Position numbers and translations under genes: made by a program. From an uncultured Bacilli bacterium (GTDB lineage Bacteria > Bacillota_I > Bacilli_A > RF39 > UBA660), in contig CANRNO010000005.1 in the NCBI GenBank assembly GCA_947632065.1, positions 1 through 59,591 of the forward strand: a stretch of 59,591 nt of DNA, in the 5' to 3' direction. Each line of letters opens with the position of its first letter. Position 1 is the first letter of the stretch. Below, in pieces: positions 10,161-20,495 of the stretch. Below the pieces are notes generated by a model, which made no database searches, was not told the origin of the DNA, and was given only the letters and a program-made list of their open reading frames with translations.

Positions 10161-12411
10161 AAAAGGGATTGTTAGTACTACTTTGATGGTTTTAATTTTA
10201 TGTATTGGGGTTTGTTTATGTCTTATTCCAATATTTAAAGATTTAAAATTTGGACTTGATTTAAAAGGTGGTTTTGAGGTTTTATATAAAGTTGAGAGTG
10301 TTGATGGTTCTCCTATGACAAGTGAGAAAGTTACTGCGACTTATAAAACTTTAAGTAAGAGAATTGATAGTTTAGGTGTTAATGAACCTGAGATAATTAT
10401 TGAAGGTGATAAGATACGTGTTAAACTTGCTGGAGTTAAGGATGCTGATAGTGCAAGGAAACAACTTTCTACAGTAGCAACACTTTCTTTTAGAGATACA
10501 AAAGATAATCTTTTAATGGAGTCTAGCGTATTAAATGCAGGTGGAGCTAAGGTTAGTCAAGATGCTAATGGTAATCCTGCAGTTGCACTTTCTGTAAAAG
10601 ATAAAGATAAATTTTATGCTGCAACTAATAAGCTTTCTAAACAAGATGATAATTTAATGGTTATTTGGCTTGATTATAATGAAGATGAAGATAGTTATTC
10701 AGCAGAGAGTAGTTCTTGTGGAACTAGTGAATCTAATTGTTTATCAGCAGCTTCAGTTTCTCAAGGATTTGCAAGTGATGTTATAATTCAAGGTAATTTT
10801 ACAGATGAAGAAGTAGAGAATTTAGTTGATTTAATTAATTCTGGTTCTCTTCCTTCTAAACTTACAGAAGTTTCATCTAAAACAGTTGGAGCATCTTTTG
10901 GAGATCAAACTTTAGAGAAAACATTTACTGCTGGGGTAGTTGGAATTGCTCTTATATTCCTATTGTTAATTGCTATTTATCATTTTTCAGGAGTTATATC
11001 AGCATTTTCACTTATCTTTTATACATTCTTAGTTTTCTTTACAAGTTGGGTAATTGGAAGTGTTTTAACTCTTCCTGGTATTGCAGCACTTGTTTTAGGA
11101 ATTGGAATGGCAGTAGATGCTAATGTAATACTTTTCTCTAGAATACAAGATGAACTTTATCGTGGTAGAAGTTTAGAGCTTGCTTTTAAAAATGGAAGTA
11201 AATCAAGTTTTAGAACTATACTTGATTCAAACCTTACAACATTACTTGTTGCAATAATTATGTTTGTATTTGGTGAGAGTAGTGTTAAGGGATTTGCTAC
11301 TATGTTAATTATTACTGTTATTGTAACAATGTTTACAATGGTGTTACTTACTAGAGTTTTAATGAATTTATTTATTAAGAGTGGATACTTTAATGATAAA
11401 TTAAAATTATTTATAAATATAGATCCTAAGAAAGTTCCTAATGTAAGTAAAGGAGAAAAAGTTGTTGAAAGAAAAATAGATAAGGTAGACTTTGTTAAGT
11501 TTGGTCCTAGATTTACTATATTTTCAATTATTATAATTGTTATAGGTGGTATATTCTTTGCTGTTAAAGGATTTAATTTAGGAATTGATTATCAAGCAGG
11601 TAGTGATATTACTGTTGTTACTAAAGATAAGGTTTCTAATAATAAGTTAAAAGATGATTTGAAGGAATTAAAATTAGATTTACGTGATATAGAGAGAAAT
11701 GATGATGAAGTTACAATGAATGTTAAAGATGTACTTGATGCTAAAGATATTAAGGATGTAACTAAACATTTTGAAGATAAGTATGAGGCTAAGGTTGATA
11801 TTAGTGTTATAAGTAATATTGTTAAAGAAGAACTTACTAAGAATGCTATACTTTCAGTACTTATTTCTATGATTGGTATAATTATTTATATTTCAATTCG
11901 TTTTAAATTTAGTTATGCAATAGCATCAGTTAGTGCTCTTGTACATGATGTGTTAGTAATATTTGCTTTATTTAGTATATTTAGACTTGAAATATCTGTT
12001 ATGTTTATCGCAGCAATTTTAGCGATTATTGGATATTCTATTAATAATACTATTGTTACTTTTGATAGGATTCGAGAGAATTTAGGTAAGATTGATGATA
12101 AAAAACTTACACGTGAAAAGTTATATGAAGTAGCTAATAAGAGTATTGCAGATACATTCTTACGTTCTATTTATACATCACTTACAACTTTACTTCCTGT
12201 TCTTGCTTTAATAGTTTTTGCATCTAGTGGAATACTTACATTTAATTTAGCAATGTTATTTGGACTTATCGCAGGAACTTATTCATCACTATTTATCGCA
12301 AGTTATATTTTCTTATTATTAGAAAGAAAAAATGTAGGTAAGAAACGTAAGCCTAAAAAGATTTATACTGATGATATTGAAGAGAAAAAAATAAAAGGAG
12401 TTAATTGTTAG
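10114..12411 (+). CDS. secDF: Protein translocase subunit SecDF (fused)
   Basis: 765 aa with two six-helix TM blocks separated by periplasmic-type domains. LDLKGG near the N-terminus and typical SecD/SecF membrane segments. Confidence 0.9.
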   Translation: MMKMKEEKNKKKTKNKKGIVSTTLMVLILCIGVCLCLIPIFKDLKFGLDLKGGFEVLYKVESVDGSPMTSEKVTATYKTLSKRIDSLGVNEPEIIIEGDKIRVKLAGVKDADSARKQLSTVATLSFRDTKDNLLMESSVLNAGGAKVSQDANGNPAVALSVKDKDKFYAATNKLSKQDDNLMVIWLDYNEDEDSYSAESSSCGTSESNCLSAASVSQGFASDVIIQGNFTDEEVENLVDLINSGSLPSKLTEVSSKTVGASFGDQTLEKTFTAGVVGIALIFLLLIAIYHFSGVISAFSLIFYTFLVFFTSWVIGSVLTLPGIAALVLGIGMAVDANVILFSRIQDELYRGRSLELAFKNGSKSSFRTILDSNLTTLLVAIIMFVFGESSVKGFATMLIITVIVTMFTMVLLTRVLMNLFIKSGYFNDKLKLFINIDPKKVPNVSKGEKVVERKIDKVDFVKFGPRFTIFSIIIIVIGGIFFAVKGFNLGIDYQAGSDITVVTKDKVSNNKLKDDLKELKLDLRDIERNDDEVTMNVKDVLDAKDIKDVTKHFEDKYEAKVDISVISNIVKEELTKNAILSVLISMIGIIIYISIRFKFSYAIASVSALVHDVLVIFALFSIFRLEISVMFIAAILAIIGYSINNTIVTFDRIRENLGKIDDKKLTREKLYEVANKSIADTFLRSIYTSLTTLLPVLALIVFASSGILTFNLAMLFGLIAGTYSSLFIASYIFLLLERKNVGKKRKPKKIYTDDIEEKKIKGVNC

Positions 12412-12433
12412 AAAAAGAGAGGGTGTAAGATAT

Positions 12434-14581
12434 ATGACTAAGACAAAAGACCGTATTACATCAAAAGAAGTTATGGAAGCAATAAAGAAGTATATTACTG
12501 ATGAAGATGATTTCTTAAAAATAAAAAATGCTTATTTGTTCGCTAAAGAAAAACATGCTGGTCAAGTTCGTAAAACGGGTGAAGATTATATATCTCACCC
12601 TCTTAATGTTGTTAAGATATTAACTGGGGTTTATGCTGATGTTCCAACTCTTGAGGCTGCATTTTTACATGATATTTTAGAACAAGATTGTAATTGTACT
12701 GCAGATGATTTAGAGCGTGAGTTTGGACGAGAGGTTACATCTTTAGTTTTAGGTGTTACTAAACTTTCTAATATTCATTTTTCTACTGAGAATGAATACT
12801 TAATTGATTATTATAAAAAAATAATTGTAGGTATGAGTGAAGATGTTAGAGTAATTATTATTAAACTTGCTGATAGTCTTCATAATATGAGAACTCTTTG
12901 GGCTCTTCCAAAAGAACGTCAAAAAGCTAAAGCAAATGAAGCACTTGAGATTTTAGCGCCTATCGCAGATCATTTAGGAATTCATAAAATTAAAAGTGAG
13001 TTAGAAGATTTAGCTTTACGTTATTTAAAAGGAGAAGTATTTTATGACATTGCAGAAAAACTTAATAAATCAAAGTTAGAGAGAAATGCTACTGTTAATG
13101 AGATGCTTCAAGAGGTTTCTAATCTTTTAAATAAGCATGAGATTAATCATGAGATTAAAGGACGTGCTAAGAGTATTTATAGTATTTATAATAAACTTAA
13201 TAAGGGTAAAAAGTTTAGTGATATTTATGATTTACTTGCTCTTAGAATTATAGTTAATACTGAACAAGAATGTTATCTTGCTTTAGGTATTATTCATTCT
13301 AAGTTTAGACCTCTTCCTAAACGTTTTAAAGATTATATTGCGATGCCTAAACCTAATATGTATCAATCTTTACATACTACTGTTTTTGGAATAGATGGTT
13401 ATTTATTTGAGATTCAAATTAGAACTCATGAGATGGATGAAGTTGCGGAAAATGGTATTGCTAGTCATTGGGCTTATAAAGAACAAAGAGATGCTAAAGA
13501 AGCAATGAAGTCTACTACTGAACAAAAATTACAATTCTTTAAGGCTATTATGGAACTTTCTAATGAGAAATTAAGTAATGAAGAGTTTGTTAATAGTGTT
13601 AAAGAAGAGGTTTTAAATAATAATATTTATGTATTTACTCCTAAAGGGGATGTTATTGAACTTCCTAGGGGAGCAACTCCTATTGATTTTGCTTATAAGG
13701 TTCATTCTAAAGTAGGAGAGACTACAGTAGGAGCAATTGTTAATAATTGTATAGTACCTCTTAATTACGAACTTCAAAATAATGATATAGTTAAGATAAA
13801 TACTAATAAAAATTCTACACCTTCTAAAGAATGGATTAATTTTGTTAAGACAGCTGGAGCAAGAAATAGAATTAAAAGTTTCTTTACTAAAAATGAAAGA
13901 GAAGTATATATAGAAAGAGGAAAATATCTTACTGAGAAAGCTCTTCGTAAAAAGAAAATACCATTTAATGAATTATTTAGTCCAGAGAATACTAAGATAA
14001 TATTTGATGAATTAAAAATAAAAAAACTTGATGATTTATATCTTAATATTGGTAATGGTAAAACATCTATTAATACAGTTATTCATATAATTTATAAACC
14101 TGAAGAAAAAATTGTTAAGAAAAAAGCACCTGTAAAAATAGATAATAATGCAGATATTATAGTATCTGGTATAGATAATGTTAAAGTATCACTTGCAAAT
14201 TGTTGTAATCCTATTTTTGGAGATGATATTATTGGATATATTACTAAAGGTAGTGGAATTACTGTTCATAGAAGTAATTGTCATAATCTAGCAACACTTG
14301 ATGATAGGACTATTGAAGTTAGTTGGAATGAGAAATCTGCTAAAAAATATGTTTCTAATTTAATAATATATTCTAATACTCGTGATAATAATATGGTTGA
14401 TTTAGTTCAAAAGATTAGTATGCAAGATATTAATATAGAAAGAATTAATATGGTCTTTCAAAGAGAAGTTGCAGTATATGAAGTTACTATTTATGTTAGT
14501 GGGTTAAAACAGTTAAATAATTTATTACTTCAGCTTGATAAAATCTCATATATTGATAAAGTAGAGAGGTTAATAAGATGA
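12434..14581 (+). CDS. relA: Bifunctional (p)ppGpp synthetase/hydrolase, RelA/SpoT family
   Basis: HD hydrolase domain (HPLNV..., LHD), synthetase motifs (GRAKSIYSIYNKL, LALRIIV, YQSLHTTV, EIQIRTHEMD), TGS domain (VFTPKGDVIELPRGATPIDFAY) and ACT domain. Confidence 0.95.
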   Translation: MTKTKDRITSKEVMEAIKKYITDEDDFLKIKNAYLFAKEKHAGQVRKTGEDYISHPLNVVKILTGVYADVPTLEAAFLHDILEQDCNCTADDLEREFGREVTSLVLGVTKLSNIHFSTENEYLIDYYKKIIVGMSEDVRVIIIKLADSLHNMRTLWALPKERQKAKANEALEILAPIADHLGIHKIKSELEDLALRYLKGEVFYDIAEKLNKSKLERNATVNEMLQEVSNLLNKHEINHEIKGRAKSIYSIYNKLNKGKKFSDIYDLLALRIIVNTEQECYLALGIIHSKFRPLPKRFKDYIAMPKPNMYQSLHTTVFGIDGYLFEIQIRTHEMDEVAENGIASHWAYKEQRDAKEAMKSTTEQKLQFFKAIMELSNEKLSNEEFVNSVKEEVLNNNIYVFTPKGDVIELPRGATPIDFAYKVHSKVGETTVGAIVNNCIVPLNYELQNNDIVKINTNKNSTPSKEWINFVKTAGARNRIKSFFTKNEREVYIERGKYLTEKALRKKKIPFNELFSPENTKIIFDELKIKKLDDLYLNIGNGKTSINTVIHIIYKPEEKIVKKKAPVKIDNNADIIVSGIDNVKVSLANCCNPIFGDDIIGYITKGSGITVHRSNCHNLATLDDRTIEVSWNEKSAKKYVSNLIIYSNTRDNNMVDLVQKISMQDINIERINMVFQREVAVYEVTIYVSGLKQLNNLLLQLDKISYIDKVERLIR

Positions 14582-15012
14582 GAGTTTTAGTACAAAGAAG
14601 TAGTGAAGCATCTGTTTTGATAGATGATAAAGAAAAAAGAGATATTTCTTTTGGACTTGTAGTGTTTGTTGGATTTACTGATGGAGATGATATTAGTAAG
14701 ATAACTTATTTAGCTAAGAAGATAGCTAATCTTAGAATATTTCCTGATGAAGAAGGTGTGATGAATAAATCTTTACTTGATTTTGGTGGAAGTATTTTAT
14801 CTATTTCACAATTTACTTTATATGCAGATTGTAATAAAGGTAATCGTCCTAGTTATATTAAGGCTTTAGGAGGAGATAAAGCATCTTTATTATATGATGA
14901 ATTTAATAAGGAACTTTCTAAATATTGTGAGGTAGTAACAGGAAAGTTTGGATCTGATATGAAAGTTACTATTAATAATATGGGTCCTACTACTATTATG
15001 TTGGAGAGGTGA
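14578..15012 (+). CDS. dtd: D-aminoacyl-tRNA deacylase
   Basis: MRVLVQR..., SQFTLYAD, GNRPSY and PTTIMLE motifs. ATGA overlap with relA. Confidence 0.9.
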   Translation: MRVLVQRSSEASVLIDDKEKRDISFGLVVFVGFTDGDDISKITYLAKKIANLRIFPDEEGVMNKSLLDFGGSILSISQFTLYADCNKGNRPSYIKALGGDKASLLYDEFNKELSKYCEVVTGKFGSDMKVTINNMGPTTIMLER

Positions 15013-15016
15013 TATA

Positions 15017-16066
15017 ATGCTTAAAAATAAACTTAATTATAAACTTATTAATTTTACTGCTTTGATGTTATTTTTATATATTGGACTTTCTAATATAGGT
15101 TTATGGATTGGAGTTTTAAATAAGATAGTTGCAGTATTAATGCCATTCTTAATTGCGTTTGTTTTTGCTTATGCCTTATCTCCTGTAGTAAGATGGTTAG
15201 AGAATAAAAATATCAAACATTCTCTTGCGGTTACTATTGTTGTTATTGCGATTGTGTTATTTTTAACATCTTTAGTTGCGATAACTTTACCACTTGTTTA
15301 TGACCAACTTTCATCTTTATATAGGATAGTGACAGAACTTACTAATGATATGCAAGGAAGTATTACAATTGGGAATTTTACTTTTGAGATTGATAAATAT
15401 ATAGAAGTTTATTTAGAAAAATTAGGAGATTTTGTATCAGATGGTGCAGTGGATTTTGTTTTTTCATCAGTTGGTATTATTGGAACTTTTATAGTAGGAT
15501 TTATCTCATGGATATATTTTCTTTTAGATATGCAAAATATTAGAAAATTATTAAGAGATACACTTAAAAATACAAGAGAGAAAACTTATAATTATTTAAA
15601 ATGCTTAGATGTAGAAATAGGTAATTATTTAAGAGGACTTGTTATATTTATGATTATTCAATTATTTGAATATTCACTTGTATTTTTCTTAGTTGGACAT
15701 CCCAACTGGTTACTTCTTGGAATTCTAGCATCTGTTACAACGGTTATTCCTTATTTTGGAGGACTTGTTACAAATATAATCGCAGTTATTACAGGTTCTG
15801 TTGTATCAACACAAGTGTTTATTGGAACAATAATTATATGTTTAATATTCCCTCAAGTAGATGGATATTTTATATCACCAAGGATATATGGTAAAACAAA
15901 TAATATTAATCCTTTAATTACAATCATGGCAGTATCTATTGGTGGAAGTCTTGCTGGTGTTTTAGGAATAATTGCGGCACTTCCTGTTTATCTACTTATT
16001 AGAAGTACTTATCATTTCTTTAAAAATGATATTAAAGAGGTATCTAAGAAGTTGAAAGAAGACTAA
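15017..16066 (+). CDS. AI-2E (PerM/YhhT) family transporter
   Basis: About 8 TM helices and the conserved IPYFGG / ISPRIYG type motifs. Confidence 0.8.
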   Translation: MLKNKLNYKLINFTALMLFLYIGLSNIGLWIGVLNKIVAVLMPFLIAFVFAYALSPVVRWLENKNIKHSLAVTIVVIAIVLFLTSLVAITLPLVYDQLSSLYRIVTELTNDMQGSITIGNFTFEIDKYIEVYLEKLGDFVSDGAVDFVFSSVGIIGTFIVGFISWIYFLLDMQNIRKLLRDTLKNTREKTYNYLKCLDVEIGNYLRGLVIFMIIQLFEYSLVFFLVGHPNWLLLGILASVTTVIPYFGGLVTNIIAVITGSVVSTQVFIGTIIICLIFPQVDGYFISPRIYGKTNNINPLITIMAVSIGGSLAGVLGIIAALPVYLLIRSTYHFFKNDIKEVSKKLKED

Positions 16067-16085
16067 GAAAGTAGAGTGATACACT

Positions 16086-17096
16086 ATGTGTAATTATGAT
16101 GAAATGTTTTTAGATAAATTAGAATATAATATCTTAAAATACGAAACTGAAATGTATCATTGTAAAAACCCTATGAAAATAACATATTATTTTTCACTTT
16201 TATCAATGTTAGAAGATCTCTTCTTTCAAAAAACAGATTCTCCTATTTCAGATAATTCTAATTTCAATTTAAAAAAGTTTAGACAATTTGAAAAAATAAA
16301 TAATGCAATTACTTATAATATAGATAAATTTATAAATAGAAGAGTAAGAAAATTTAAAAATATAAATAAAGAAAAATTAGAGAGTATTATAACTCCATTA
16401 GATATTTATTTTTCTTTAGAAGATGATGAAGAGGAGATATCTTCTAGTGAGACTTTATCTAATAAAGATTTGATTTTCTTGATAAGAGAATTTTTAAAAT
16501 ATAGTAATTGTGATATTAATTTATTAGATAAATTTATAAAAGATTATAGAATTACTACTGTAAATGAAAAAAGTAGTGGTTATGGAGGGTTTTATATACC
16601 TAATTATATAGAACCTAATAAAAGTTATATTTATATAATTAATTCTAATAATACATATGAAGATGCTATAAAAGTAGCTCATGAACTTGGTCATGATATG
16701 GAATGTAAAAAGTCAACTAAATCATATGGTAAATTTGCTTTTTTATCTTTGTATACAGAAGTAATAAGTCAATATTATGAAAATAAATTTATAGATTTTC
16801 TAATAGATGAGAAGATTGCTGTAAAACAAGGACAATCATTAAAAAAGGATTTTTTAGAAAGTATATATTATTATTTAGATGAATTATTATATGAAGAACC
16901 AACTTATGATAATATTGTATATGGTTATGGTGCTTTGATTTCATTTTATATAAAAGATTTAAAAAAGGATGAATTAGAAGTTTTTAAACATAATTTACTT
17001 TATCAAAAAGGTGTGAAATATATGAATAAAGTATTAAATAATGATAAAAAAATTAATAGAGTTTTACAAAAAGAAATAGAAAAAATAAGAAAGTAG
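16086..17096 (+). CDS. Short HEXXH protein (M3-like gluzincin active-site layout), paralog 1
   Basis: VAHELGHDME followed ~20 aa later by YTEV, the same layout as PepF in this window (HELGHSMH...VAEVAST). Shares N- and C-terminal similarity with ORF 18535-19560. Confidence 0.55.
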   Translation: MCNYDEMFLDKLEYNILKYETEMYHCKNPMKITYYFSLLSMLEDLFFQKTDSPISDNSNFNLKKFRQFEKINNAITYNIDKFINRRVRKFKNINKEKLESIITPLDIYFSLEDDEEEISSSETLSNKDLIFLIREFLKYSNCDINLLDKFIKDYRITTVNEKSSGYGGFYIPNYIEPNKSYIYIINSNNTYEDAIKVAHELGHDMECKKSTKSYGKFAFLSLYTEVISQYYENKFIDFLIDEKIAVKQGQSLKKDFLESIYYYLDELLYEEPTYDNIVYGYGALISFYIKDLKKDELEVFKHNLLYQKGVKYMNKVLNNDKKINRVLQKEIEKIRK

Positions 17097-17104
17097 GTAT
17101 TAAA

Positions 17105-18409
17105 ATGATTAGTAAACCAAAAGGTACAGAGGATATAATATTTAATAAAGCTAAACAAATAAAATATGTAGAAAAAGTTATTGATGAGGTAATGGAAAAA
17201 TATAATTATAATTATATTGATACTCCAATATTTGAATCTACTGAATTATTTCATAGAAGTGTAGGGGATGCATCAGATATAGTTACTAAAGAGACATATG
17301 ATTTTACTGATCGTGGTGGAAGAGAGATGACTTTAAGACCTGAAGGAACAGCTGGAGTTGTAAGAAGTTATATTGAAAATAAAATGTATGGTATGGCAAG
17401 TCAACCTATTAAACTTTATTATAATGGTCCAATGTTTAGATATGAAAGACCACAAGCAGGAAGAGATAGACAGTTTTCTCAATTTGGTGTTGAAGTTTTA
17501 GGTAGCGATGATGCGATGGTTGATGCTGAGGTTATTTCTCTTGCTTATAATATTTATAAAACTATAGGACTTTCTAATATTGTTGTAAATATTAATTCTT
17601 TAGGAGATACTGAGTCAAGAGATAATTATAGAAAATTAATAGTAGATTATTTTACTCCACATATAGATGATTTATGTGATGATTGTAAAAGAAGACTTAA
17701 TAGTAATCCTCTTAGAATACTTGATTGTAAAGTGGATGCTGATAGTGAAATTATGAAAAATGCTCCAAGTATTTTGGATAGTTTAAATAAAGAATCTCGC
17801 CAACATTTTGATAAAGTATGTGAATATTTGGATATTTTACAAGTTCCTTATTCTATTAATTCAAGTATTGTTCGTGGACTTGATTATTATGATCATACAG
17901 TATTTGAATTTGTAGATAAATCAATGGAAGGAAATTCTAATGTACTTGGTGGTGGGGGAAGATATAATAATCTTGTTAAGGAACTTGGTGGTGAAGATAT
18001 ACCTGCAGTTGGTTTTGCATCAGGTATTTCTAGAGTTCTTTTAGCACTTGAAGCAGAAGAAGTATCACTTGATATAAATGAGGATATAGATTTATTCTTA
18101 CTTTATGTAAATGAAGTTGAGAAGAATTATGCTATTTATTTAACTCAAGAATTACGTATGAATGGATTTATAGTTGAAACAGAATATTTAAATAGATCTT
18201 TAAAAGCACAATTTAGACAAGCAGATAGATTAAATAGTAAATTCGTTAGTGTTTTAAATAGTGAAGATTTAGATAATAATGAAATAAAAGTAAAAAATAC
18301 AAAAACAAAAGAAGAAGATGTTATTAACTTAGATGCTTTAATTTATTATTTAGAAGAAAAATCAAATGATGAGGTAATGGATGATATTTATAATTTAGAT
18401 AACGAGTAG
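17105..18409 (+). CDS. hisS: Histidine--tRNA ligase
   Basis: Class II aaRS motifs: MTLRPEGTAGVVRSY, FRYERPQAGRDRQFSQFGVE, GGGRYNNL, AVGFASGISR. Confidence 0.95.
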   Translation: MISKPKGTEDIIFNKAKQIKYVEKVIDEVMEKYNYNYIDTPIFESTELFHRSVGDASDIVTKETYDFTDRGGREMTLRPEGTAGVVRSYIENKMYGMASQPIKLYYNGPMFRYERPQAGRDRQFSQFGVEVLGSDDAMVDAEVISLAYNIYKTIGLSNIVVNINSLGDTESRDNYRKLIVDYFTPHIDDLCDDCKRRLNSNPLRILDCKVDADSEIMKNAPSILDSLNKESRQHFDKVCEYLDILQVPYSINSSIVRGLDYYDHTVFEFVDKSMEGNSNVLGGGGRYNNLVKELGGEDIPAVGFASGISRVLLALEAEEVSLDINEDIDLFLLYVNEVEKNYAIYLTQELRMNGFIVETEYLNRSLKAQFRQADRLNSKFVSVLNSEDLDNNEIKVKNTKTKEEDVINLDALIYYLEEKSNDEVMDDIYNLDNE

Positions 18410-18534
18410 GGTAAGTAGGTTGTATAAGAAAAAGTCATGAAGAAAAAGGCTTTGTAGGAATCAAAAACCATATAAAGTCTTTTTGTTTTATATAGATAAT
18501 AAATAAAATATGATAAATTAAATAGGTGGGTTAT

Positions 18535-19560
18535 ATGTATAATAGAGAAGTATTAGAAAAGTTAGAATATTTAATGATGGAATATGAAACTAAAATTTAT
18601 AGAGAAGAAGATGTAGAAAGAGCTTATATGAGTTTACGTGGTTTTAATGAATTACATAAAAGTATTACAGGTAAAGGTTTATTTGATAAAAGATTATTAA
18701 AAGCATTAAGACCAAACTTATATAATAGTGCCATACAATATAATGAATTTTTAAATGAAAATATGCTTCTTAATTTATTATCTTTAGAAAAATTTACCTT
18801 AGAAGAAATTCCTGAAGTTATAGACTTTTTAAATTATAATTTAGATAGATGCAATATAAAAGAAAAAATTGTTAGAGATATACCACTAGAAAATACTAAA
18901 GACTTTATAAATAGTTTTTTAAAACATAGTATTTATGTAAAAGATATAGATATATTTAATGTGATGTGTGCTGAGAGAAGAATAGTAAGTGGTATTTTAA
19001 AAAAGGGATATAAAGGTATGTCTTATTTTGATTTTTGTGGTAATAATGATTATATTTTAATTGGTAATAATAATTCTTTTAGTAATTATTCTAAGTGTTG
19101 TAGTGCTGCACATGAATTAGGTCATATAGAAGATGTTATGTATTTAAGTCCACTTGCTAAAACGGTTTATGCTGCTACTTCTGCTTTTATAGAAGTACCT
19201 GGTCATACTCTTCAAAATTTTATGTATGATTTTATATTAAATTATATTGAACCCGATGTGGCTAAATATTTTAAATATAAATTTCTTGAAGATTTATCTG
19301 ATAAAATGAATAATACATATTTATCTTTTGAATATAAAGATGATATTTCTGATTTAGATCTTGATCCATTTAATGATATTTTATATGCTTATGGTAAAAT
19401 GATGAGTATATATTTAACTAATTGTAATATAGAAGAATTAGGTAAGTTTAATAGATTACATTATAATTTTAAAGATTCTAGTTTGCTTACTAGGATGAAT
19501 ATAAATAAGGATAAAATGATTAAAGTATTAAGTAAAGAGTTTGAAAAAATTAATAGATAA
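18535..19560 (+). CDS. Short HEXXH protein (M3-like active-site layout), paralog 2
   Basis: AAHELGHIED ... FIEVPGH. The track start at 18526 (GTG) lies inside the AGGTGGG RBS, so ATG 18535 is the likelier start. Confidence 0.55.
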   Translation: MYNREVLEKLEYLMMEYETKIYREEDVERAYMSLRGFNELHKSITGKGLFDKRLLKALRPNLYNSAIQYNEFLNENMLLNLLSLEKFTLEEIPEVIDFLNYNLDRCNIKEKIVRDIPLENTKDFINSFLKHSIYVKDIDIFNVMCAERRIVSGILKKGYKGMSYFDFCGNNDYILIGNNNSFSNYSKCCSAAHELGHIEDVMYLSPLAKTVYAATSAFIEVPGHTLQNFMYDFILNYIEPDVAKYFKYKFLEDLSDKMNNTYLSFEYKDDISDLDLDPFNDILYAYGKMMSIYLTNCNIEELGKFNRLHYNFKDSSLLTRMNINKDKMIKVLSKEFEKINR

Positions 19561-19579
19561 AATACTTAGTAAAGTTTAA

Positions 19580-19608
19580 TTGACATAACTAATTTGATTA
19601 GTTATAAT
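19580..19608 (+). promoter_or_regulatory. Promoter with a perfect 9-3-9 palindromic operator (putative TetR autoregulation site)
   Basis: TTGACA (19580-19585), 17-nt spacer, TATAAT (19603-19608). ATAACTAAT-TTG-ATTAGTTAT (19585-19605) fills the spacer. Confidence 0.65.
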
Positions 19609-19634
19609 ATTAGTATAATTAGTTAGGAGGTAAT

Positions 19635-20204
19635 TTGTTGAAAAAATGCATTAGTGATGATGATATTATTGAAGTTTCTGCAATGCTTGCTAATGAAGTA
19701 GGACTTGATAATTTATCTTTAAAAATGATTGCATCAAAGTTAGATATTAAATCTCCATCTTTATATAATCATTTTTCTAGTTTAGATGAAATTAGAGAGA
19801 AAATTATGATTTATGGATGGATGAATGTAGGAAATAAAATGATAGAGTCAACTGTTGGAGTTACCGGTTATGATGCAATAAGAAATATGTGTTATGCTTT
19901 TTACGATTATGCATCTAATAATAAGGGAATATTTAGTGCAATGTTGTGGTATAACATGTATGATAATGAAGTTAGTCTGGAAGCTACAAAAAGATTACAT
20001 GAAGTTATATTTGAAATAGTAAAACCTTTAAATATTAGTAATAAGAATACTAAACATTGTATTAGATTAATGAGAAGTTTTTTAGAGGGATTTGCCTTGT
20101 TAGAAGATAATGATGCTTTTGGAGATTTATTATCAATAAATGAAAGTTTTGATTTATCTTTAGAAATACTTATAAATAGTATGAAGAGTCTAGAAGGTAA
20201 ATAA
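19635..20204 (+). CDS. TetR/AcrR family transcriptional regulator
   Basis: N-terminal HTH (LSLKMIASKLDIKSPSLYNHFSSLDEI). AGGAGG RBS, TTG start. Confidence 0.85.
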   Translation: MLKKCISDDDIIEVSAMLANEVGLDNLSLKMIASKLDIKSPSLYNHFSSLDEIREKIMIYGWMNVGNKMIESTVGVTGYDAIRNMCYAFYDYASNNKGIFSAMLWYNMYDNEVSLEATKRLHEVIFEIVKPLNISNKNTKHCIRLMRSFLEGFALLEDNDAFGDLLSINESFDLSLEILINSMKSLEGK

Positions 20205-20255
20205 AAAGTATTATATCCTATACTAACTATGAAACAATAAGGGAAGGAGTAAAGA

Positions 20256-20438
20256 GTGATGGAGAAGTTTGGTAAGTTTTGTGAAAAATATGAAGTAGTA
20301 TTATGGCAATTGTGTGTAGCATTCTGGTTTTTTATAGAATTTGCATGTAATCAAAAAGTAAGTTCTCTTTTATGGGATGGAGTTTTTTGGATTGCTTTTG
20401 CGGTTGTGGAATTTATAAGACTTAAAAATAAAAAATAA
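20256..20438 (+). CDS. Small membrane protein (about 60 aa, 2 TM)
   Basis: GGAAGGAG RBS and two hydrophobic helices. No homology assignable. Confidence 0.45.
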   Translation: MMEKFGKFCEKYEVVLWQLCVAFWFFIEFACNQKVSSLLWDGVFWIAFAVVEFIRLKNKK

Positions 20439-20495
20439 TAAAAATTAAGCAGGTTTTGATTTGCTTTTTAAATATATATGAAAAGAGGTATTAAA

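Noticed and set aside
17000-17105. Looked for a T-box leader upstream of hisS, and upstream of pepF.
   Set aside because: hisS starts 8 nt after the preceding ORF with no leader. The pepF leader lacks the conserved T-box sequence (AGGGTGGNACCGCG-like).
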